64,000 bases of DNA from Choristocarpus tenellus KU-1152 (lineage: Eukaryota > Protista > Phaeophyceae), in NCBI GenBank assembly GCA_964200185.2, contig CAXNAD020000004.1, forward strand, positions 1-64,000, written 5' to 3'. Position numbers and translations under genes: made by a program. The notes beneath the pieces were generated by a model. It worked only from the letters and a program-made list of their open reading frames with translations, ran no database searches and was not told the DNA's origin. Positions 27,051 to 40,028 of this stretch are shown here, piece by piece; position 1 is the first letter of the stretch, and each line of letters opens with the position of its first letter.

Positions 27051-30000
27051 CTAACTACCCCGTGACTGCAAGTAAATCAAGTAAATCAAGTAAATCAAAT
27101 TACACCGAAGGGTTATAGGTGATAACCCTAACCCTACCCCTAACCCTATCTCGTAAGAAGATGACAAAGAAGACACAACACATCGTACCCAACCGTCCCT
27201 CACATCCCTAACCCTAATAATAGTAGTAGTTGTCCTCGTCCTGACTCTAACCCTAACAGTAGTAGGCATAACAAACACAGAACCCAATATTGGGGATGTA
27301 CAGTGAGTTCAGCAACAATAAATATAATAATAATAATAATAATAATTGTAATAACAACAATAATTAAAAGTATAAAATATATGTATGGGTTATACCAGCT
27401 TGAAAGGGTGTAGAACGTGGTTCAAGAGGTTTAATCAAGGCCTTGAGCTCCTGTTGATAGGTCAGAATTCCATGGCGTTGTGCCATATCATATAATGACA
27501 GTCTTGCATCATTGAGGCATTGAATAGCCTTCACATACTTGGTCCCAACCACATCATACTATTACTATTAACATTACATACATTATATACTATCATTATT
27601 AACATTACAAACTGCCAGGAGTACAAATAAAAATGAGGTGGCCCACAGGTCATAGTAAGAGTACAATGAATTGTAGCATAAAGGGTACAATGAAGTGTAG
27701 CATAAAGGGTACAATGAAGTGTAGCATAAAGGGTACAATGAAGTGTAGCATAAAGGGTACAATACAGGCTACATTAAATTGTAGAATAAATTTTACAATA
27801 AATAGTATAACACAGGATACACTAAATTGTGGACTAAAATGTGCAGGAAAGGGTATAATGAAGGTACAATAAAGGGTATAATGAAGGTACAGGAAAGGGT
27901 ACAATAACTAGACTGGTTGTGCCAGCTTCACAAGCAACCAGTGACTGCTCGATACATAATGGAATATAGGGTGTACTGAATCACCACACATGTAGGTGGT
28001 ACACTATAAACAGTATGAACACTATTATCAATAATTAATAAAAATAATTAAATACAAGCAAGTGTACACTATAAACTGTATGAACACTATTATCAATAAT
28101 TAATAAAAATAATTAAATACAAGCAAGTGTACACTATGAACAGTGTGCACACTATTATCAATAATTAATAAAAATAATTAACTCAAGTAAGTGTACACTA
28201 TGAACAGTATAAACACTAATTGACTTCAAAGAACATAAACTGTAAACATGATACTAGTCATACATTCAAAATCCTTTAATACATCAAAATACATCAGAAT
28301 GACTAACACATTAAAATATAGCCATCAGCCAATAACCCACCAGGTAAATGTAAATTTAGACCATCACTTGAGTGCAATATTCTTGGCTTGGCAACAGGTG
28401 GAGAACCATATGCATCACTTTGTCTTCCTTGTCCATGTCCATGTCCATGTCCATGTCCCCCTGCCACCGAGGTATCAAAGGACTCTCCACCCATGTGTCC
28501 CTCTGCATTGAAGGCTTTGAAAGAGTCCCTTTCATCCCTATCATTGGTGCTTGGTGGCTGTTGATCTTGATGACCTTGATGACCTACACCAACAGGTTGA
28601 TCATCAATACCAATTTGGTAGGAGGGGCTTGCCATGACATCTGTGTAGGAATGTGTAGGAATGGATACAAAGATGAAAAGCAGCAGTGTATGTGTCAATA
28701 GTGTGGTCAAGAGTGTCACGAGTGCTATGATCACCACTGGGGATAAATGTAAACAATGTGTTACATGTATTACAATCTCAATGTAGACAAAGTACTATCA
28801 GTGGTACTATGAATGATATTATCAATTGTGTGTAAGACAGGGTGCCATTTAGATGATGCATCAGAAGATACATCAGAAGATACATCCAATTAGATTGTTA
28901 GTCAGTGGCGTCCAATGACTGGCATCAAACCATTACACACCAATGGAGCAATTTCAAGCAACTACCTAGCTTTAAAAAAAAAGAAGACAAAAGATAATAG
29001 ATACAAGGACAAAAAAAGACAATAGATACAAAGACAAAAAGATAATAGATACAAAGACAAAAAAAGGTAATAGATACAAGGACAAAAAAAGATAATAGAT
29101 ACAAGGACAAAAAAAGATAATAGATACAAGGACAAAAAAAGATAGGACAACACCAACACACAAAAACATGCACCCCTAGCCCAAGTATGATTCATTGCCA
29201 TGCCAGTCTCCTACCATGTCCCATGTACAGGTTGCACAAGATATCATTACTAAGGTTAGAGTTACTATTTTGATCAATGTATATGATCAACAATCATTTG
29301 TATCAATATTGTCAATACTATATCCCAAGAGTATTTGTGATTCTATTTTTTGATCTTATTAAAATGACATCGCCCTTATCATGAACTGGTCACATCCTTG
29401 TCAATACACCAATACATCAACTATAATATTAAAAACAAAACAATATTTTTGGATGTCATCAGTGATGGAGGTAGTATTGTAGTATTAGTATTGTACTATT
29501 ATAGCACAGAGGGTACTACAAAAAAATATGTAGTGTGTGTAGTGTTGTGATGAGTAGGACTTTAATTTTGCAATATGCACATCACACATGTATACTTCAC
29601 TACAACTAAGTACTACTTTATGTATTCGTAATGACAGTATATTAATAGAACAGTAGCCTTTATATGGTTTCTGTGAAAGTGTTGAGTTATGAACATTATA
29701 CTCCCACTCTCTGGCACTCTAGGCCCCCATATACATTGTAACCTTCTCAACAGGATAGTTACACATAATCATACAAATAAACATGACTTGATCTACAAGG
29801 GGAGACACCAAACTATGCTATACTATGCTATACTATGCTATATAATACAATACAATACTATACTATACTATACTATACTACACTACACTACACTACACTA
29901 CACTACACTACACTACACTACACTACACTATACTATACTATACTATACTATACTACACTATACTACACTACACTACACTACACTACACTACACTATACTA

Positions 30001-33000
30001 TACTATACTATACTATACTATACTATACTACACTACACTACACTACACTACACTACACTACACTATACTATACTATACAATACTATACTATACTATACTA
30101 TACTATACTGTGCTGTGCTATACCACGCCGAGCAACTACTCTACCTATACAAAATCTAGTCCTACAATATTTTAATAATATAATAATATAATAATATAAC
30201 AATATAATAATATAATAATATTACAATAATATAACAATATAATAATATTACAAAATATAACAATATAATAATATTACAATAATATTACAATATAATAATA
30301 TTACAATAATATAATAATATAACAATACAATAATATAATAATATAACAATATAATAATATAATAATATAACAATATAACAATATAATAACATAACAATAT
30401 AATAATTTTATATAGTACTCGTACAAAGGAAAAAGGACTAGACTAGACTGGACTAGACTATACATTAACTAGGTTAATGTGGTGGGTCACACACGTTGAC
30501 TAAAATATAAAGGATGAACATTATTTTTCAAATTTTCCTTATCTTCCACTGTTGAAACGTCCTATAACCCACCTACCTCTTTCACTACCATAATAATGTA
30601 CTACAACAGACTACAAGAAACTACACTACAATCAATATGGCACAAAGTACAGTCAATGCAATGCACCATATACTAGGTACTATTATTATAGAAACTATAA
30701 TAGTAATCATAATACTACTATTAAAATCAAAATATTTAATAACTGGACTGGACTAGATATCTCGTACTATGTACTAATATCATGGTAGTGCCAAGTAAAA
30801 TTCTAGAAAAATTTAGTAACATTTTGGCAAAAAGGATTGTGTACTTGTGACACCAACATAAGACATGTATCATGATCCATATCACTTGGCACCTCTCACC
30901 TCTGTTGCTATTGTGAAAAGTGAGTCCAATTCCCTTTCTAGCTTCCTCTGCTCTTTGTCGCTCCTTGATCAAATCATAATCATAATCATAATCATAATCA
31001 TAATCATAATCACAATCACAATCACAGTCATCATGCAATCATTAAAATCAACACATTGATAATAACAAAAGTTAGTAAAAAAAAAAAATGCACACAAAGG
31101 TAGTCACCACGCAATCATCAAAGGTACAGTGAGAGAAACTGTCATCAATAAGGACAAGAACAAACGGACCAACTGTGATATTGATTAAAAAACTACCGAC
31201 AGAAAGAACATAATACATAATACAAATAATTGCACTCCCATTGATACAATAAACCACATGGACACAATGCTCTACCTTGGTTGCCAAATAGCAACAGGAG
31301 TTATCATTGTTTTTATTATTTCTATTAATATTATTTTTATTATTATTCTTAATAATACCACTACTATTATTATTGTTTTATGGCAATGATACCATAACAT
31401 AGTATTGCTATGATAACAGTTGTAGGACAAGGTGCAATATACTATTCTTAAAATAAAGTACTCAGAGGTAGTATGAAAGAGACTGATAATTGTTAAATAG
31501 TATACAATATCCATACATAGAGTATATATAGAGAGAAAACTATCTATGATGGATACATAAGGTTGACAACTACAAACCTATCAAGTGAGAGGTTATGTGT
31601 AGGGGGTTGATTTAAAGAACATGTACCTCAATATGAATTAATGTTCGGGGGTAGTGACTGAAATTGTCATTGTCATCAACACCCACACATGTTAGGGTTA
31701 GGGTTAGGGTTAGGGATGGGAACTTCAATAGCCTCAATCCATCAAGCACACCTTCACTGCAGTGACTGCAGTGTAAATACAATGTATAGTATCTAGCGTC
31801 TACATGTTGATATTGGCATTATCAACACCAGGATGCTAACCTTATTTACCTTAGAGATGGCCATGGCAAGGTGATCTCTGATTTGAGGGTTAGGGTGTGC
31901 ATCAATCTGCAATCGAAGGGTATCCGCCTCTGCCTGATGGATGATGGATGATGGGTTATGGATGATGGGTTATGGATGATGGGTTATGGGTGATGGGTTA
32001 TGGATGATGGGTGATGGGCCATGGGTTATGGATGATGGGTGATGGGTTATGGGTTATGGGTGATGGGTTATATGACAAGTCAATGGTGTTTCATCAAAAT
32101 CTCAATCAAAATCTCAATCAATACTTCAATCAATACTTCAAATGTAACCAATACAAGTGAGTGTGTGTATACTAATAGTAATAGTGATTTGAGGTAATAG
32201 TAGTTAGTATATAATATCAATAACAAAACATCAGCAGTGGTGCTGTCGAGTATTGCAAGTCATAGTAATAATAGTTAGTATACATGACATGGCCTCATAA
32301 AGTACGTAACAGACACATCGCATTTGTACCATTGTCTGTCATGTTATGTTTGTGCCATTGTACCATTTTAGAGAGCTATGTTGGATTCTACCAGTGGTGT
32401 ACTACTACTGAAAAAAACATTGTAGAGATTGATGGTAAAGTTTACCAATATAGTAGTGACTGTTAATCTCAGTGTATACGTAGTGTATGCACAGTATCAT
32501 ACTAACCCTAACCCTAACCATATACAGAGTATCACACAAACACAACAAACACAGCAGAGCACAATACTATCAGTACATCGTATGACTTATTAATACCATA
32601 TAGCTGTAGTATTAATAATCATACTACCCCTAACCCTAACCACAAAGACGTCCTTGCCAATCTACCCCTAACCCTAACCCTTGTACAATTAGAATTAAAC
32701 TATTGCAGAAAAATCATTCAATCTCAACCTGTTATTGGTGACGAGCAATATATGCTTGCTTCACTGCTATTAATATCAATTGTACTATTTATTATGTACT
32801 ATTGATAGTATTGATATGATAATATAAATATTGACATGATAATAATAGTGTTGATATGATACTGTAACCCTATGAATACTTCATCAACACTGTAAAAACA
32901 AGACCACAACTCCTTGGGTATACTACAAAATGGTGTCAACTAATGTCAGATGGTGGGGTCCTGTGTCATGATGTTTGTTTGCACCATTTATCACCATTTA

Positions 33001-35893
33001 TCACCAGAAGATAACTCGATAGAACTGCAGTAAATTAGTATTAATATACTAATATACTAATATTAGTACTAATATTAGTATATAATACCATTAGACTAAT
33101 ATTAGTATATAATACCATTAGACTAATATTAGTATATAATACCATTAGTGCTAATATTAGTATATAATACCATTAGTACATCTCAGGATATAATGGCATT
33201 TAATAGCACAAGCCATACAAACATACTTAGAGTTAGGATTAGGATTAGGATTAGGATTTCAGGTCTTGATGGTTAGGGTTAGGTGTGTATGTCCTGACCA
33301 ATACCACTTAACCAACCCTAACCCTAACCCTAACCATCAACACAACACTGTACAAGCTTACACACATACACTTACACACCAAACTGTAAAAACAATGTAT
33401 TATTATTATGAATATTATTATTATTACTACTATGATTATTATTGTTATAATTATGATTATTATTGGCAATGTGTAAATATCAGGTATTGATAGGGTAAGG
33501 ATTTCCCTCACCTTGAGAGTCTTGGCTTTATCGTAGTCCTCATCCTCAACAGCCTCCCTCTTGGCTATCTCCAGTTGTGCCAACTTGCTGCCAAGTGACT
33601 TGAGCTGTGTTTCAGCCTCCTTGAGGATCTTGGCAGAATCATAGTCCTGCATTTACATCACAAATTACAGTTGGCAATCAATGACAACCAACAACCCTAA
33701 CCCTAACCCTATAATCATGTAATGATATCAACGACAATGATAATGACAACGACTTACAAACCCTAACCCTAACCCTAACCCTAACCCTAATCCACAGTCA
33801 CCACTCCAACATTGACACACAAAAGCAGGGGCAAAGAAAGGGTCATTGGAAGGAAATATAGGTATGTCCCATGCCATCAAGACGCAAACAGATTGTTCTT
33901 TCTAAGTACCACTTCTAAGTGCCACCTCTAAGTACCACTTCTAAGTACCACTTCTAAGTACCACTTCTAAGTACCACTACAAAGCAGCGCTCAAGCATGT
34001 TCAACAGAGAGGTGGCTGCTTGCAAGCATAAAATCAAAAATATCAAGTCACACATTGTCTTGTGATTGGGGGAGGTGCACCAAAGTTGATATAGTGACCT
34101 CTAGTCTATGTTCATCAGGCAGGTGTGTTTAGTGGTCTACTGAAGATGGAGTCCTCACATGTTGCCAATTAGTTGGCGTCGTAGGCATCATCCTGAAAAG
34201 AAACAAACAGAATTTAGACATCAGTTCTAAGTACCATAACAACAATAATAATAATAATAATAATAATAATACACATTCAACTGATACTGGTAAATAAAAG
34301 ATCACTATGTACGCTTGTGTTGGATCACTGCATAAGAAAAGGTTGCCTTGAGACTACTACAGGTTGCTTTCTCTATGGTCTATGAGCACATACGGACCTC
34401 TTTGCTTGAGACTACTACAAAGGCGCAATATCTTGGTGCACGTCTTCCCTCCTCTTTGTTGCCCAATTGTACCCAATTACCCAATTCAGACAAGTAACAC
34501 AAACCTCGTCAAGTACAGCCGTCTCCTTCGCCGCCGCCAGCTCTCGAATCCTTTGTGCTGTCTCAGGATCAAAGTTCATGTCAAAGCTTAGGTCATCCAG
34601 ATCACTGCGCTTGTGTCTACCACGTACCCCTATCCCCCTTTCTGGCCTACCCCCAAGTGTTGGCAATGGACGAGGACCTGCTCCATATGGTGCCGGTGGG
34701 GCATCCAGGGCACCAGGAGGGAGTGTTCCCAGGGCTTCCCCCAGCAGATTAACAGCTATAATGCCCACCTAGTATTGGGATGAAGAGAGGGATTAAAGGG
34801 AGATAAAGAGAGAGAGAGAGATCAAGGGGGGAATCGCGGGAGGCATGGACAAAAAGAAAAGACACTACCTGGTGTCAGACGATATGTACAAAGTGGACAT
34901 AGGGCTAACCTTTACTTCTTTCCTTGGGGTCTAATCATTTATCGATACATAGTACCAGTTGTTTAAATCAATCCACCGTCTGTACTCGACAAGCAACAAC
35001 GACCAGAAATCATAAGAAAGCGGACAGTGCGATGTAGACACTCCAACACAGCTCACAGATGAGTACACCGCCGTCACCTGGTTGAAAAGGTTTAGTTCGT
35101 TGATGTAACACTTGTGCACCAGCACTCTTAAGAATTGCCCTGATGCATTGACATATACGCTCTTCAGCTCGCGAGCCTGATATTGTGATCGCTCATTACC
35201 GTTCAGGCTTAGGTAGCCCAAACGCCGGAACTGGGCCGACTCGTAGCTATGCCCGTGGCCAACGAACAGCTCGATTTTAGTGGCGATTTTGCTCTGGTGA
35301 GAGAGTATTTGCACCTGGTTTGCAAATGGGACGGAAGAATAAGCAAGGAGCGAGAATCGGGCAATGGGTTTTTTAACTGGGGAGTAGTCTTTCCATGCCC
35401 TGGAGCGAACAGGTCAAAAGTCCACGCTAGTGGAGAGAATTGGGTTGCAAAACTGAGCATGTTGAACATTTGAGGGTTTGAAGGTCTTCAGCAACGAATT
35501 CCTAGATCTGAGGGCAGGAATGTCTGTTGTACACTCTCTTATCCTTATAATTCCAATACAGTATACTGAGGTTTTTCACCTGGGTAATACGAGAAGGAGA
35601 TGCCCAGGCGAGGCCAAGTTCTTGAGGGTAGTCACAGAACTGTGGACTCTGCCATCCTCTTGTGTGGGGGCTGAAGAGGAGAGCGAAATAGATTGTGGAA
35701 CAACGACGAGGAGGATTTATTGCATCAGGTTCCACTTTGTGGGAAGGGTCAGTGTGAACGGGTGTTGCTTTTGATCCAGTTGTCTAAAAAGAGACTTTCG
35801 AGTAGCTTGCCTGTGAACGTTGAGCTCTTCCGCTGGATACTCTGGCTCTTCACCCGAGCAGTAGCAAACTGCGAATCTGATCTTGGAGCTCAT
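10055..35893 (-). CDS. CEP104: Centrosomal protein of 104 kDa (ciliary-tip TOG and zinc-finger protein), 19 exons
   Basis: Exons 5'->3': 35893-35811, 35670-35580, 35314-35078, 34768-34505, 33646-33512, 31933-31850, 30963-30900, 28640-~28341, 25664-25447, 22911-22822, 21403-21299, 20131-19917, 18418-18268, 16483-16394, 14880-14655, 13405-13181, 12216-12035, 11202-11052, 10167-10055. Domains: N-terminal jelly-roll (GWQSPQFCDYPQEL, FRRLGYLSLNGNERSQYQARELKSVYV, NLFNQVGIIAVNLLG); coiled coil (EDYDKAK); TOG (CLYSKAWSLREAA, KLGDGQARIRE, HSNGEVRDAA); C2HC zinc fingers (CQFCG..DMHYWQHCPML..CTECGQVIEISSIPEHLLEEC..CPLC..WRAHLIEACPRNPR). The exon 8 donor and the exon 19 acceptor are less certain. Confidence 0.93.
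11684..11898. repeat. 22-bp minisatellite CACACTTTACAACACAACATAC
   Basis: About 9-10 tandem copies. Confidence 0.95.
12385..12591. other. Poly-T tract with assembly gap (10 N at 12528-12537)
   Basis: N run flanked by long T homopolymers; local sequence quality is doubtful. Confidence 0.95.
16031..16150. repeat. 10-bp minisatellite GTTGACTAGA interrupted by two telomeric units
   Basis: Directly visible. Confidence 0.95.
16162..16218. repeat. Perfect 25-bp inverted repeat with 7-nt loop
   Basis: TGTGGTATGGTTAATCACATAGTTC-tttattt-GAACTATGTGATTAACCATACCACA. Confidence 0.95.
18575..18713. repeat. About 36-bp tandem repeat x4
   Basis: AAAATAATTCACTAATACAGTATACATATCATAGT units. Confidence 0.9.
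21529..21706. repeat. AGTAC-based complex satellite
   Basis: AAGTACC/AAGTACT/AGTAC units. Confidence 0.9.
24316..24558. repeat. 12-bp minisatellite AAAATCAACTTG(A)
   Basis: About 20 copies. Confidence 0.95.
24827..25009. repeat. ATAATTGTAG-based satellite
   Basis: Directly visible. Confidence 0.9.
27661..28217. repeat. 24-bp tandem repeat (AAAGGGTACAATGAAGTGTAGCAT) followed by a roughly 64-bp tandem repeat x3
   Basis: Arrays at 27661-27905 and 27999-28217. Confidence 0.9.
28986..29147. repeat. About 25-bp minisatellite GACAAAAAAAGATAATAGATACAAG
   Basis: About 6 copies. Confidence 0.9.
29812..30405. repeat. (TACTA/CACTA)n pentamer array followed by an AATAT-type array
   Basis: Arrays at 29812-30108 and 30175-30405; source of the spurious YTTLH ORFs. 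Confidence 0.95.
31935..32070. repeat. GATGG/TTATGG microsatellite abutting the CEP104 exon 6 acceptor
   Basis: Directly visible. Confidence 0.9.
33036..33178. repeat. 27-bp tandem repeat CTAATATTAGTATATAATACCATTAGA
   Basis: About 4-5 copies. Confidence 0.9.
33695..33790. repeat. Interstitial telomere-like (CCCTAA)n clusters, among the longest of many
   Basis: Five tandem CCCTAA units ending at 33790 plus 2-3 units at 33695-33710. Confidence 0.9.
33899..33977. repeat. 13-bp tandem repeat TTCTAAGTACCAC
   Basis: About 6 copies. Confidence 0.9.
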
Positions 35894-38800
35894 GCTAAAA
35901 GCTTGGAAGAGTTGATACAAAGCGGGTGCATGTGACCAAGTACCACACGGATTTCAAGTACCAGTTCCTCCCTCATAATTTGAAAATTCGTACGATAATT
36001 TTGTTGATTTCGGATCCGTAGTGGACTTACGGGATGTGTAACGAATTTCTTACAATATTAGTAGTTGATAGATATATTACAATAAAAGACATGAAGGGAA
36101 GTTCATCACGTAGAACTCCATATCCATACCCCATCCAAAGTCACAAAATCACGTGTCCTTCAACTTCCACCTTCAACCCACCCACTCAACTTTATTGACT
36201 GGTTTCGTTTTGGTGGTCTGATTTTGTTACCCCAGTAAAGATGAGCAGTTTTTGTAGGCCCTTTTCTTTGGAATAATCATACCGCTTGTTGTTGCAAAAC
36301 GCTCACAACAAAAATCAAAGAATTTCAGTAATGGAAGCTAGTGTACACACCATTAACAGGATAGGCAACTAGCTATTAACCAAACAAATTACTGTGTGGC
36401 ATGCCACGCATTTTTAGGAACTTAGATCTAGAACTCAACATATTAATATGTATGCAGCATGTGTGTAGTATATATTTATGGCTGTTCAAAGCAATTGTTG
36501 GGTTGTTGGTTTGAGCACAGCGATAGGATTTAACCATGCAGAAAGAATTGTAGCCATACCACACACACGAGTTATTGGGGTACTACAGCCCGCTACTGCA
36601 CTTTGATCCTCTTGGTTGTGCCCATGACAAGAAGGGAGGAAATTTGTTCGACCACCTGTGGAGATTAATCCCATCCAGAGTCGCCTCCTTGACTAAAGGG
36701 AATTAAAATATATTCTAGTATGGGAATATTGCAGTTGGCAGGGTTGGTGGCGGCTTAGTCTCCGGCCAAGGACCCTCTCGCTCACCACGCATGGGGATGG
36801 GATGAGAAAAAAAGACAGGCTGGAGGGGGGCTGTGATAGAGGAAATTTGTTTTGGGGACATTTCAAATATATTCCATATTCTGTAGGAAAAGGGTGAGGT
36901 AGAATTCCTTCTTGTTAAAAAACATTAGACAAAGTCAAATAGCATGTTGTCCTACTTGTTGGAAACTATCACCATCAACCCATCAATATACGGAGTGGTA
37001 GTATATTCCCTTGAGATATATTAGGGTTAGGGATTCTTCTGTTTTTTCTTTCAATGTTTGCTGCAAGAAGGGAACATGTTGGAGTGAACATGATTTTTTT
37101 TCTCAATCAAATTTGTTGCAACAACGATGCGCTGCCTCTGCTGAATTCAACACCCCTCTCCACAGCAAACAGACAGTAGCATATACTGTGGATAAATAGG
37201 TACCCCTCAGGTTGGGTACTGGAGGCCAACTGTGACTTCAGTCTAGCTTCCCACCCTCCATGTATATTCCCTCTAGGGTACAGAATTGAGCCCTGCACAA
37301 AAAATACTTGAACATTGTTGCACACACACATAGATTTTTGTTCAGCATCCTCCAACACATACCTTTCAGAAATGCGATCTGACCTTCAGTTAATGGTGGG
37401 AGAGTGGAACACCAACTACTCAGCAGGGTCGCATTGCCAATTTCCTCGCCACTCACCGTTGAACTTACGAATAACCCTCACCCAGGGTGCCTCGTAGGTA
37501 TCACCTAATATTGAAGACGATTATGAGGATCAAATATTAGTGGCAAGAGAATTCTGTTGGAGGCAATCTCTGGTATATTGTAGGAATTGAAGGGCTGTGC
37601 TAAAGTATGGAGCCTATTTTCTTCCCTGCTTTACTATTGGGTCCAAAAATAGTTTTGACTGCACTAGGCTGAATCTTACATAATATAACGTAAAGCATTA
37701 CATATGCATGTTGATGTAGGAACCTACTAGCACTTGATACTCGACAAATATGTTCAAACCTTAGACTATGCTTCATGTGTCTATTGTAATTGTCTGAACA
37801 TAATCCTGGGGATTGTACCGTCTGTGGTAAGAGGCACCACATACTGCACCACTTCTTATACTTGATTATCAACTGTTGCACTACGACCAATTACGCTGCC
37901 TCTGTTTATGCCTTGAGTGCTGGGTTCAGCACTCCATCCACTTGTTGATATCCACCTCCTTCCTCAAATCATTGTGCTCGAAGTTTTGTTTGACGATCCC
38001 TGCATGATTATTTTGACGCCACAAAATTATTTCTCCTTTGATGATATCAACTTCGAGTGTGCACGCCAGCGTTGGCTCTTGGTCTCTAATCTAGATAAAG
38101 CGAGTGGTCTCTAATCTAGATAAAGCGAGTGGGCCATGCCCACACAGCTAAATCTTACCAGCAGAAAAGGAAAATACAAGGGAACAGCAATGCTCACCAC
38201 CCACTATACACCGATTATTTTGTATATCCAAGTACTTCATTACAATCCTAGGGAATACAATAATGGAGGCGGCTATAGACAATAGGATAAGTCACTACAC
38301 ATATTTACATAAAACATGTGTTTGGTTATGTCATTACTCCTACGAGGGAAAGCTCTGTCGTCTCTGCTATCCATGAGCAACTGTCATGAACGAGACCCAC
38401 TAACACAAAGGTGTACTATTGTACCCCGAGTGGATTATAGATGATATCACTAATACCGTCCATGTGGCTTGGATCCCAACCGGTCCTAAAATTGATACAC
38501 AAATGATTCAACAGTCAATCCTTGATGTGCCAATCACATTTATGGTCAATGGTAGGAGTTGACATGGACATCTTCTCAACCCGTCCAGCAGTGTGGGGCT
38601 CTACATACACACTCGACCATGCGATATCTTCTGTCCTTGGCTATATGCTATCCTTTGCTCCTTTCAATAGCACAATTGATTCAGTTATTTGTATGTGCTT
38701 GTATGTGAAGGAAGGTGGTTGCCTATACCTGTATATTTTATAGGGGGGTGCATATTCTGTGTACATTCGCTGTCTGTTGGGTTCTTTTAGTTATCCTTTC

Positions 38801-40028
38801 CTTGTACAAAATGTAGCACACAACAGAATGATGATGTTGAAATGCTTCCTCTTCTAGATAAATAAGCATGACAGAAAAGAAACAATAGACTAACCGTTGT
38901 AATGGCAGTCTAGAGCACTACTTTATTATAATACTAGTCTTTATTACCACTATAAATACGATTAGGGTAGTAATGGTTCTATTTGTTCAGAGTCAGTAAC
39001 CTACATAGCAATTTATCAATCATGACAAATACTACACTAGAGACACACTGTTGCCTCGGACTCAATATGCGGGGATTGTTTGCTTGCTTTCCCATGGCTC
39101 TGGCAGCAACTATTGATTTCATACCAAATATATGTTGAATGCTCATATTACAAATGCTACACTTGTATGACATACTAAGTAGGTCCTAGTCTCACTGACC
39201 TCAGCCGTGAAAATCTCATCACTCAACCAACCTCCAGAAAAATGTAATAGTCAACATGTTTGAGCAGTACTTGATAGTCCTGTAATATTGTGAGAAATAG
39301 ACAAGTACAACTTGTTGCAATTTGAGAAACTTAAATTGCCTGTTTCACAAGTTATCTATGGTGAACACCTGACCATTCCAATTGAGAGCTCTACTAATTT
39401 CAAGACTGTCACAAATATAGTGTAAGTGAGTCATGGCAGGAAGAGAGGCACAAATATAACTTGAAATGAGTCGCAAACATCTACAGAATTGGAAAAAAAC
39501 AAACTCTGGCCTCTTCTAACTGATGTATATACAAGACAAACAAGCATTTAGTTGATCCTCAATGAGCCACTATGTAGTATCTACATGAACACTCAACTGC
39601 TGTTAAAAGTACTTCGTTCTAACCCGTATCAGCTGTGGCAGAAGATTTAACCATCAAGTCCAACAACAACATACAGGATATAGTGGAAGGCAGCATACAA
39701 AAACACAACAAGCTTAACATGGAGAGCACTCGACAAGAGCTGTAACCAGATCCTTTTACTAGTACACAGGTATGGTAGTAGTGCACCACGACTAATCGAT
39801 TTGTAATCATTAGCCACCACAACATGTCCTATGGCACCATCAAACAAGTGCCAACATAATAATAATAGATGTGAGTCATAAGGTTTACATCAAACTTCAT
39901 CATGCTTACCGCAAGACACCACCTCTTCCGCCTCAATTCATTATACCCCAAACCCTAGCGACCCTCCCATCTCCAAACATGAACAAGTAAAAAATACCGT
40001 ATCCCCTTCCTTTCTACTTGTTCACAAA

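Noticed and set aside
29689-30191. 156-aa and 118-aa ORFs of YTTLH/YTILY repeats
   Set aside because: Translations of the (TACTA/CACTA)n microsatellite, antisense within a CEP104 intron.
36000-39950. Short ORFs between CEP104 and the FYV7-like gene
   Set aside because: No recognisable domains or phase-consistent exon chain; treated as intergenic or decayed repeats.
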